The translations under genes were made by a program, and so were the position numbers. From sequence record SRR20825006_567: a DNA stretch of 36,535 nucleotides. The stretch is one strand, 5' to 3'. This document shows, in pieces, positions 18,745 through 26,653 of this stretch (its first letter is position 1; each line of letters opens with the position of its first letter). Below the pieces are notes generated by a model. The model had not been told where the DNA came from, did no database searches, and was given only the letters and a program-made list of their open reading frames with translations.

Positions 18745-19194
18745 CTAGCCCTCGTAACCCATGCTGCGCAGGGTCTCGCGTTGTTCCCGCACGGTTTCCG
18801 CCAGAATACGATTTTCCAGCAGAATATCGCGAAACTTCAGGCCTTCGCGGATATTGTCCAGCAGCTGCTCGTCGTCCCAGGGTTTGGGGATAAAGCGGAA
18901 GGCGCCGGCTTTGTTAATGGCGGACATGACCGTTTCGATGTCGATCACCCCGGTCAGCACAATGCGAATGGTATCGGGCTGCAGATCGCGCAATTCCTGC
19001 AGCAGCTCCAGGCCATTCATCTCCGGCATCATATAGTCGGTGATCACTGCATCGAACACGGTGGTGCGTGCCCGGCGCAGGGCTTCGTGCGGGTTCTGGT
19101 AGGTTTCCACCTCCCAGTCGGTGTAGGTGTTGATGGTGCGTTTCAAGGCTTTGAGGATGTATTCCTCGTCGTCCACGACCATGATCTGATACAT
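18745..19194 (-). CDS. Stand-alone response regulator (receiver plus short coiled-coil tail)
   Basis: IMVVDDE, ITDYMMPEMNG, LTG, FIPKPWDD; no output domain; GAGGG RBS before ATG 19194. Confidence 0.9.
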   Translation of the reverse strand: MYQIMVVDDEEYILKALKRTINTYTDWEVETYQNPHEALRRARTTVFDAVITDYMMPEMNGLELLQELRDLQPDTIRIVLTGVIDIETVMSAINKAGAFRFIPKPWDDEQLLDNIREGLKFRDILLENRILAETVREQRETLRSMGYEG

Positions 19195-19426
19195 GCTGAA
19201 TCCCTCACTCACGGCGTGCTACTACGCTGGCATCCTGCCGGCGACTGCATGCGTTCAACAACGTTGCGCTCCCCCTGACGGGCCAGGGGGGTACCCGGTT
19301 TTACAATACGCCCCGCTCTAGGGGCTGACAATTGACGCCGCCGGCCAGAGGGGGCCGGTCATGCAGCCCGTTTTGCCGTTTGTCTGTGAGGGAGCGCAAA
19401 GCGCAAGAAACGCAACAAAACAGGGG

Positions 19427-19849
19427 CTACGCAGTGTGAATAATGGCCTTGGTGACCGACCCGGTGGCGATCAGTCGTTCCTGTTGTTGTGCGTTTAGCG
19501 CATAGGCTTCTGCACGCATGGCGGCGAGTGTGCGGCCCAGCCGATCCACATGGGCACGAATAATGATCTGCTCGCCCTGGCTGGCGGCGCGCAGCACGCT
19601 GCTGTGGGTTTCGATGGTCACCGCGTGCTGGTCCGATGGCAGTTTGGAGATGGCCGCAAAAAAGCAGGCCACATCCATCAAGGCATAAACGATACCGCCG
19701 TGCAGCGCGCCCTGGGGATTGGTGGTGAAGTCGTTCACCGGAAAGCGGACTTCGCTGCGGCCATCCACCGCGCTGACCAGTTCCAGCTCACAGGCCCGGT
19801 GCAGCGGGTGGGCAAGCACGTCGTCTTTGACCTGATCGATGTGGCTCAT
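19427..19849 (-). CDS. PaaI family (hotdog-fold) thioesterase
   Basis: NPQGALHGGIVYALMD motif; AGGAGG RBS. Confidence 0.88.
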   Translation of the reverse strand: MSHIDQVKDDVLAHPLHRACELELVSAVDGRSEVRFPVNDFTTNPQGALHGGIVYALMDVACFFAAISKLPSDQHAVTIETHSSVLRAASQGEQIIIRAHVDRLGRTLAAMRAEAYALNAQQQERLIATGSVTKAIIHTA

Positions 19850-20012
19850 GGTTCCTCCTGTCAGAATCGTTTTTATGGCGCCGTCACTATACGGCGTCTA
19901 CCGGAAAAACGGGATGGCAGGCTGTTCCGCCCGGTTCCGGGGAACCGTCAGCCTTGACGGCGGTCTATGGGTATCGCAAGGTTGCGACTCTTCCCTCGTT
20001 AGCGGGCATCCC

Positions 20013-20312
20013 ATGAAAGCACTGGTCTACACATTGCTGCTTGTCATCAGTACTCATGTACTGGTGCTGGATGCCATGCATCACGGGCACGATGGTGGCG
20101 CAGCTGCCTCGCTGGAACAGGTCCAGCAGGATCTGGTCAGTGCGGATGTGCTGGACAAAGGCGGCGACCATTGCTGTCAATGCCATGGTTTCATGGCCTC
20201 CACCGATTGTGAGCCGCTGCGCCTGGCCCCGCCCTCTGCAGGTCAAATGGCGTTGCGCCCCTTCCTGCCGGATGCCCCGGCCGATAACCCTTTCCGTCCT
20301 CCTATAGCCTGA
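20013..20312 (+). CDS. Small exported His/Cys-rich protein upstream of czcCBA (CzcI/DUF2946-like; candidate regulatory leader peptide)
   Basis: Hydrophobic N-terminus; HHGHD; DHCCQCHG; Pro-rich C-terminus ending PFRPPIA; likely ATG at 20013. Confidence 0.7.
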   Translation: MKALVYTLLLVISTHVLVLDAMHHGHDGGAAASLEQVQQDLVSADVLDKGGDHCCQCHGFMASTDCEPLRLAPPSAGQMALRPFLPDAPADNPFRPPIA

Positions 20313-20422
20313 TCGTTTCTTCGTTTCCCCGACTTTGTTGCCTTGTCCATCGGTGAATGTGCGCCGTGGCGAGCGTCGGCATTGTTCTTGACGTAACGTT
20401 TTGAGACATCAGGAGTTTCCCC

Positions 20423-21664
20423 ATGGGAATCCAGACCCCAGTGCGCATGGCCGCACTGTTACTGGCCGTGTGCGCGTATGCCAGCGCGTCGGCCGATTCT
20501 TCTTCCTCGCCCGCGCAGTGGGCGCAATGGGTGCAGCGCCAGGTCAGCCAGCTACCGGCCAGCCGGGCCATCCAGGCGGAGCAGGAACGGTTGCTGGCGC
20601 AAAGCCGGGCTTTATCGCAGCCGCTTTATAACCCTTCATTGAATATCGACTACGAAGACAGCCTCGATATCACCCAGACCGTGGGCCTCAGCCAGACGCT
20701 GGACTGGTCCGGCAAGGCCCGCGCCCGCCGTGATGCCGTGGCCGTACGGGATCAGCTGGCGCAGCTGCGTGGCGACAAGGCCCGCGCCCGCCTGCTGGCG
20801 GACAGCCTCAATGCGCTGGTGGCCCATGCCGCCGCCCGCGAGCAATTGGCGGCCGCCCGTGAGCAGGAACAGCAGCTGCGCGATCTCACCGACCTGATTC
20901 GCCGCCGCGAACAGGCGGGGGATGTGGGGCAGGTGGATGCGCAATTGGCCTACCTGTCACTGGGGCAGGCCCAGCAGGCCCTGGCGGATGCGGAAAGTGC
21001 CGCCACCCGTGCTGCCACCACATTGCGCCAGCAACTGGCCAGCCAACAACCCGCGGTGGCCTTGCCGGCGGCGGACCGTTGGCAGGCCCCGTCACTCACC
21101 CATGGTGTCGTGCAACGGCTCCCCACCAGCTTCGATTTGCAGTTGGCCGAGCAGCAACTGGCGCTGGCTGAGCGAGGGGTATCGGTGGCAGACAAACAAC
21201 GCAACACCGACCCGACCCTGGGCCTGCGCGTGGGCCAGGAAGGTGGCGAAAATTTGTGGGGCGTGGATTTCAGCCTGCCATTGAAGTTCTTCAATACCGG
21301 CAAGCCAGGCTATGAAGCTGCCCTGGCGGACAGTGAAGAGCGGCGTGCACTGCTGGAGAAAACCCGCAACGACATTCAGGCCCGGCTGGACGGAGCGTTG
21401 AGCGATTACCAGCAGCGGCGCGAGCGCTGGGAAACCTGGCAACAACTCACCGGCGATAGCCTGGCGCGCAGCGACACCTTGCTCAAGCGCGTCTGGCAGC
21501 AGGGCGAACTCACCACCCAGAACTATCTGCAGGCCTTGAATCAGCGGCTCGATACCCGGCTGGCTGGCATCGCCCTGCGCGATGCCATGCAGCAGGCCTG
21601 GGTGCAGTGGCTCTATGAAAGCGCCCAGCTTAACGACTGGCTGAACCAGTTGGCCAACGAATGA
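20423..21664 (+). CDS. czcC: TolC-family outer membrane factor, CzcC-like
   Basis: Signal peptide; YNPSL; SQTLDWSGKARAR; AGDVGQVD; FSLPL; QGEL; first gene of a CBA set. Confidence 0.82.
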   Translation: MGIQTPVRMAALLLAVCAYASASADSSSSPAQWAQWVQRQVSQLPASRAIQAEQERLLAQSRALSQPLYNPSLNIDYEDSLDITQTVGLSQTLDWSGKARARRDAVAVRDQLAQLRGDKARARLLADSLNALVAHAAAREQLAAAREQEQQLRDLTDLIRRREQAGDVGQVDAQLAYLSLGQAQQALADAESAATRAATTLRQQLASQQPAVALPAADRWQAPSLTHGVVQRLPTSFDLQLAEQQLALAERGVSVADKQRNTDPTLGLRVGQEGGENLWGVDFSLPLKFFNTGKPGYEAALADSEERRALLEKTRNDIQARLDGALSDYQQRRERWETWQQLTGDSLARSDTLLKRVWQQGELTTQNYLQALNQRLDTRLAGIALRDAMQQAWVQWLYESAQLNDWLNQLANE

Positions 21665-21670
21665 TTGTTC

Positions 21671-21738
21671 TGTAGGAACCGAGCTTGCGAGGTAACAGCC
21701 GCAGGCTGGGCCGAAGGGTGAGCGAAGCGAATAACACC
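21671..21738. repeat. GTAG-headed, hairpin-rich extragenic repeat-like element
   Basis: Begins TGTAGGA; contains CAGCC-GCA-GGCTG and ends GAGCGAAGCGAA; adjacent to the REP pair. Confidence 0.45.
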
Positions 21739-21769
21739 GCTTGAAACGAGAAATTAAGCGAAAAATTAC

Positions 21770-21850
21770 TGTAGGAGTGCCACTTGAGGCGCGAATGGTT
21801 TCTGCGACACGCGGTGCCAACTTCTTCGCGCCCTGAACGGCGCTCCTACA
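21770..21850. repeat. Inverted pair of GTAG-family REP elements (REPIN-like)
   Basis: TGTAGGAGTGCCACTTGAGGCGCGAA (21770-21795) and reverse complement TGTAGGAGCGCCGTTCAGGGCGCGAA (21825-21850). Confidence 0.85.
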
Positions 21851-21868
21851 AAAAATGGAAAATTTTTT

Positions 21869-23113
21869 ATGAAAGCGAAAATGACATTTCAAAAAACGCC
21901 GCTAGCCATTGCACTGCTGGCCAGCCTGTCTTTTCCCGTCTGGGCAGAAGGCGAACACGGCCATGATCATGAGGATGTGCCTGCGAAGAGTGAATCCCAT
22001 GCGGACGAATCCCATGATGGTCATGACGACCACGATGCCCATGAAGAGGAAGAAGAAACCGCGCACAATCATGAAGCCGAACACGGCGAACATGACGATG
22101 AAGAAGCGGCACTGGAGCTGACCGCAGAACAACAAAAGACGCTTAACCTGCAGGTCATTACCCTGCAGCCTGATGCCGACGCTACCCGGACCCTGACCGT
22201 GCCGGCGGAAATTATCAGCAACCAGTACCGCACCTGGGTGGTGCCGGTGCGTATCGATTCCCAGGTGCAGTCTCGCAGTGCCACGCTTGGCCAGCACATG
22301 GAAAAAGGGGATGCCATTGCCACCCTGTTCAGCCCGGCCATGGCGCAGTTACAAAGTGATCTGCAAGTGGCAGCGGACGGCTGGCGGCGGGTTAAAAACC
22401 TCGGCCGGCGTACCGTGGGCAACCAGCGCTATCTGGACGCGCAAAGTCAGTACCAGTCCCTGCGAGCCCGGGCCAAGGGTTATGGCCTCAGTAACAGCGC
22501 CATCGCTGATATCGAAGCCGGAAAAAATGAAAAAGGGGTTTATACCCTCACAGCGCCGGACGATGGCCTGGTGCTGGAAGATGCCTTCCAGCAAGGGCAA
22601 TGGTTAACCGCGGGCAGCGCCCTGGTCACGCTGGTGGATGAATCCGAACTGTGGGCCGAAGCCGCCCTGCCGCCGAGCCCCGGTTTGCAGATCAGCACCG
22701 GTACCCCGGCCCGCGTCATCGTGGGTGGCACATCCGTGGACGGCAAGGTGATCCAGTCTGGCCATCGCCTCAATCCCGTCACCCGTACCCTTGCGGTGCG
22801 AGTGGCGATTCCCAATGCGGGCCATCTGTTGCACCCCGGCATGTTTGCCGATGTGGCACTGGCGTTGGCGGCACCGGAGAACACCCTCACCGTGCCGGAA
22901 GAGGCGCTCACCCGTAGCGCCGATGGCGATTGGCAACTGTTCGTGGAAGAAGAGCCTGGCCACTACAAACCCGTGGAAATCCAACTCAATGGCCAGCTGG
23001 AAAACCGCCGCATCGTTACGGGTCTTGAACCGGGTACGCGCGTGGTCACTCGCGGGGCGTTTTTTCTGGCCAGTGAAATGGCTAAGTCCGGTTTCGATAT
23101 TCACAATCACTGA
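21869..23113 (+). CDS. czcB: Heavy-metal RND periplasmic adaptor, CzcB/CusB-like, with His/acidic N-terminal tract
   Basis: Signal peptide; 12 His in an approximately 50-aa acidic tract; LTAPDDGLV; TRTLAVRV; LHPGMFA; C-terminal DIHNH. Start could be 21881. Confidence 0.88.
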   Translation: MKAKMTFQKTPLAIALLASLSFPVWAEGEHGHDHEDVPAKSESHADESHDGHDDHDAHEEEEETAHNHEAEHGEHDDEEAALELTAEQQKTLNLQVITLQPDADATRTLTVPAEIISNQYRTWVVPVRIDSQVQSRSATLGQHMEKGDAIATLFSPAMAQLQSDLQVAADGWRRVKNLGRRTVGNQRYLDAQSQYQSLRARAKGYGLSNSAIADIEAGKNEKGVYTLTAPDDGLVLEDAFQQGQWLTAGSALVTLVDESELWAEAALPPSPGLQISTGTPARVIVGGTSVDGKVIQSGHRLNPVTRTLAVRVAIPNAGHLLHPGMFADVALALAAPENTLTVPEEALTRSADGDWQLFVEEEPGHYKPVEIQLNGQLENRRIVTGLEPGTRVVTRGAFFLASEMAKSGFDIHNH

Positions 23114-23124
23114 GGATCACCGTC

Positions 23125-26100
23125 ATGTTTAATCGACTTGTCGATTGGGCGGTGAACAACCGCCTCATTGTGTTGCTGTTACTGGTCATCACCATTGGCG
23201 TGATCGGCTGGCAATTACCCAACCTGAAGCTGGATGCCTTCCCGGATGTAACCAACGTCCAGGTACAGGTGAATACCGAGGCCGAAGGCCTGGCCGCGGA
23301 AGAAGTGGAGCAGCTGATCACCTATCCCATCGAGGCGGTGATGTACGCGCTGCCCCAGGTGGCCGAGGTACGCTCCATCTCCAAGACCGGCCTGTCCATC
23401 GTCACCGTGGTGTTCGAGGAAGGCACCGATATCTACTTCGCCCGCCAGCTGGTGTTCGAACGCTTGCAGGCGGCACGGGAGGATATTCCCGACGGCGTCG
23501 GCACCCCGGAAATGGGCCCCAACACCTCCGGCCTGGGTCAGGTCTATCAATACCTGCTCACCGCCGAGCCCGGCTCCAATGTGGATGCCATGCAGTTGCG
23601 CAGCCTCAACGATTGGGTGGTGAAACTGCTGCTCATGCCGGTGGGTGGCGTCACCGATGTGCTCAGCTATGGCGGTGAAGTGCGCCAGTATCAGGTCAAC
23701 GTGAACCCCACCCGGTTGCTGGCCTACGACCTGAGCTTGCAACAGGTCATGGATGCCATCGCCGCCAACAACCGCAACGCCGGTGGCTGGTATCTGGATC
23801 GCGGTGCCGAGCAATTGGTAATTCGTGGCATGGGCTGGGTAGGCAGCGGCGAGCAAGGGCTCGGCGACATTGCCGCCATTCCCCTCAAGGAAGTGGACGG
23901 CACCCAGGTGCGCGTAAGCGATGTGGCCAAGGTGGAGTTCGGCGGCGAAATTCGTCAGGGCGCCCTCACCATGACCCGCCGCGATGCCAACGGCGAACCG
24001 GAAGCCCTCGGTGAAGTGGTAGCCGGAATTGTGCTCAAGCGCATGGGCGCCAATACCAAGGCCACCATCGACGGCATCAAGGAACGCGAAGCGCGCATCC
24101 AGCAGGCCCTGCCGGACGGTGTGCAGTTCGAGGTGTTCTATGATCAGGCAGATCTGGTGGAAAAAGCCGTCAGCACCGTGGTCACCGCCTTGCTGCTGGC
24201 CTTCGTGTTTATCGTCATCGTGCTGGCCCTGTTCCTGATGAACCTGCGCGCCACGGCGTTGGTGCTGCTGTCCATTCCGCTCTCCATCGGCCTGGCCTTG
24301 CTGGCGATGGCAAGCCTGGGCATGTCTGCCAACCTGATGTCACTGGGCGGATTGGCCGTGGCCATCGGCATGCTGGTGGATGGCTCCGTGGTGATGGTGG
24401 AAAACATCTTCAAACACCTGAGCCGCAAGGAAGGCAGTCATGACTCACAGGGCGGCATCGCTCTGAGAGTCAAAGACGCCGCCCAGGAAGTGGCCCGCCC
24501 GGTGTTCTTTGCCGCCAGTATTATTCTGGTGGTGTTCCTGCCCCTGTTTGCCTTCGAGGGGGTGGAAGCCAAGATGTTCGTGCCCATGGCCATCAGCATC
24601 ATGCTTGCCATGACCGCCGCCGTACTCGTGGCGTTGATCGTGGTGCCGGCCCTGGCCGGCTTCCTGTTCCGCAACGGCGTGGAAGAAAAGCCCAACAAGC
24701 TGATGCAGTGGCTGGAAGCCCGCTATCGCATCCTGCTGGGCAAAGCCATGCAGGCCCGTAAAGTGGTGGTCGGTGGCGCGGTGGGTTTGTTTGCCCTGGC
24801 ACTGGCAACCACGCCGTTTATTGGCACTGAATTTGTGCCGGTGCTGGAAGAGGGAACGTTGGCGTTACGTGTGACGCTGGCGCCGTCCTCCAGTCTCGAT
24901 ACTGCGTTGGACGTGGGTAAAAAACTGGAGAAGGAAATCATGACCTTCCCGGAAGTGACCTACGCGCTCAGCCGGGTAGGGCGTGCCGAAATCGGTGGCG
25001 ACCCGGAACCGGTGAGCAACGTGGAAATCTATATCGGCCTGAAACCGGTTAGCGAATGGGAAAGCGCCAGCAATCGCCTGGAGCTACAGGAAAAAATTCA
25101 GCAGAAACTGGAAAAACATCCCGGCCTGCTACTCAACTTTTCCCAACCCATCGCCATGCGCGTGGACGAACTGCTCTCCGGGGTAAAAGCCCAGCTCGCC
25201 ATCAAACTGTTCGGCCCGGATCTCAACGTGCTGCAGGAAAAAGGCGAAGCCATCACCCAGGCCGTCAAAGAAGTTGAAGGCGCCACCGATGTGCAACTGG
25301 AACAGATCGCCGGGGAAGCCCAGCTGGTGGTCACCCCGGACCGGAACGCCCTCAGCCGCTACGGCCTGAGTGTGGATCAGGTCATGGACCTGGTCAGCAA
25401 CGGCCTCGGTGGCGGCAGCGCCGGGCAGGTGATTAACGGCAACGAACGCTACGACATCTATGTGCGCCTGGAGCAAGACGCCCGCAAGGACGCCGAAGCC
25501 ATTCGCAACCTGCGCCTGAAAGCGGCAGACGGTGCCTGGGTGCGCCTTATGGATGTGGCAGAGGTATCCCTGGTCTCCGGCCCGCCACAGATCAGCCGCG
25601 ATGACGTGCAACGCCGCGTGGTCATCCAGGCCAATGTGGCTGGTCGCGACATGGGCTCCGTAGTGGCCGACATCCAGCAGGCCATCGACAGCGAAGTCGA
25701 CCTGCCCGCCGGCTACAGCGTGGACATCGGCGGCCAATACGAAAACCAGCAGCGCGCCCAGCAACGCCTGGCCATGGTGGTGCCCGTGGCAGTGGGTCTG
25801 ATCGCCCTGTTGCTCTACTTCGCCTTCGGCTCCGTGGCCCAGGCCGCTCTCATTCTGGTCAACGTCCCCCTGGCCCTCATTGGCGGCATCCTCGCCCTGG
25901 CCCTCAGCGGCCAGTACCTGTCCGTGCCCAGCTCCGTGGGCTTTATCACCCTGTTCGGTGTGGCGGTGCTTAATGGCGTGGTGATGGTGGAAGCCATCAA
26001 TCATCGCCTGCGCGAAGGCGAAGCCCTGGAGGCGGCGATCTTCGAAGGGGCGGTATCACGCCTGCGCCCGGTACTGATGACCGCACTCACTTCCATGCTG

Positions 26101-26268
26101 GGGTTGATTCCCATGTTGCTGGCTACCGGGGTGGGCAGTGAGGTGCAGCGGCCGTTGGCGGTGGTGATTGTGGGCGGGCTGGTGTCGGCGACGGCGTTGA
26201 CGTTGTTGGTGTTGCCGAGTCTTTATGGGGTGTTTTCGAGGGGGAATGTGGCGGAATTGCAGCGATAA
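23125..26268 (+). CDS. czcA: CusA/CzcA family heavy-metal efflux RND permease
   Basis: DAFPDVTNVQVQV; EVEQLITYPIE; TDIYFARQLVFERL; ANLMSLGGLAVAIGMLVDGSVVMVEN; FSQPIAMRVDELLSGVKA; RLRPVLMTA; GSEVQRPLA. Confidence 0.93.
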   Translation: MFNRLVDWAVNNRLIVLLLLVITIGVIGWQLPNLKLDAFPDVTNVQVQVNTEAEGLAAEEVEQLITYPIEAVMYALPQVAEVRSISKTGLSIVTVVFEEGTDIYFARQLVFERLQAAREDIPDGVGTPEMGPNTSGLGQVYQYLLTAEPGSNVDAMQLRSLNDWVVKLLLMPVGGVTDVLSYGGEVRQYQVNVNPTRLLAYDLSLQQVMDAIAANNRNAGGWYLDRGAEQLVIRGMGWVGSGEQGLGDIAAIPLKEVDGTQVRVSDVAKVEFGGEIRQGALTMTRRDANGEPEALGEVVAGIVLKRMGANTKATIDGIKEREARIQQALPDGVQFEVFYDQADLVEKAVSTVVTALLLAFVFIVIVLALFLMNLRATALVLLSIPLSIGLALLAMASLGMSANLMSLGGLAVAIGMLVDGSVVMVENIFKHLSRKEGSHDSQGGIALRVKDAAQEVARPVFFAASIILVVFLPLFAFEGVEAKMFVPMAISIMLAMTAAVLVALIVVPALAGFLFRNGVEEKPNKLMQWLEARYRILLGKAMQARKVVVGGAVGLFALALATTPFIGTEFVPVLEEGTLALRVTLAPSSSLDTALDVGKKLEKEIMTFPEVTYALSRVGRAEIGGDPEPVSNVEIYIGLKPVSEWESASNRLELQEKIQQKLEKHPGLLLNFSQPIAMRVDELLSGVKAQLAIKLFGPDLNVLQEKGEAITQAVKEVEGATDVQLEQIAGEAQLVVTPDRNALSRYGLSVDQVMDLVSNGLGGGSAGQVINGNERYDIYVRLEQDARKDAEAIRNLRLKAADGAWVRLMDVAEVSLVSGPPQISRDDVQRRVVIQANVAGRDMGSVVADIQQAIDSEVDLPAGYSVDIGGQYENQQRAQQRLAMVVPVAVGLIALLLYFAFGSVAQAALILVNVPLALIGGILALALSGQYLSVPSSVGFITLFGVAVLNGVVMVEAINHRLREGEALEAAIFEGAVSRLRPVLMTALTSMLGLIPMLLATGVGSEVQRPLAVVIVGGLVSATALTLLVLPSLYGVFSRGNVAELQR

Positions 26269-26271
26269 GCC

Positions 26272-26302
26272 GTTATCCCCGGCTTCGCAGGCCGGGGATA
26301 AC
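26272..26302 (+). terminator. Strong hairpin directly after czcA
   Basis: Perfect 12-bp stem GTTATCCCCGGC / GCCGGGGATAAC, followed by a C-run and then T5. Confidence 0.65.
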
Positions 26303-26653
26303 CCCCCCCCGTTTTTCACCCGCGCGCAAGTTGAATTTGTAGGATATGGCTTGCAGAAGATTGAAGCGAACATTGGGATCAGGTCTTGCCCCGTGCGTTT
26401 GAGTCGAGCTCAGCAAGTTCTATTCATTAGCCCAACTTATAGCACCTTTTCGAAATCGCTCTCTAATAAGAACAATCTCCGCTTGCTACTGTGAATCCCA
26501 TCGCTATAAATTTATGCGTGTCCCCGAGTTCCGTTGTCAACAATCCCCGCCCCCCATTCGTCGAAATAAAAATGGCTCCGCCCGACCTGTTATTGTCTTG
26601 TGGCATAGTGAAACTGCTAGCTGACGTTAACGCAGAGGATGAGAGGAAGGGCC

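Noticed and set aside
21671-21850. Repeats as a CRISPR array or IS element
   Set aside because: No regularly spaced direct repeats, cas genes or transposase; the pattern fits REP elements
21092-21892. 266-aa minus-strand ORF across czcC and the REP spacer
   Set aside because: Antisense to czcC and reads through REP sequence; no family features
25129-26004. 291-aa minus-strand ORF and other antisense ORFs inside czcA, mexK and creC
   Set aside because: Fully overlap well-supported genes on the opposite strand and arise from codon bias
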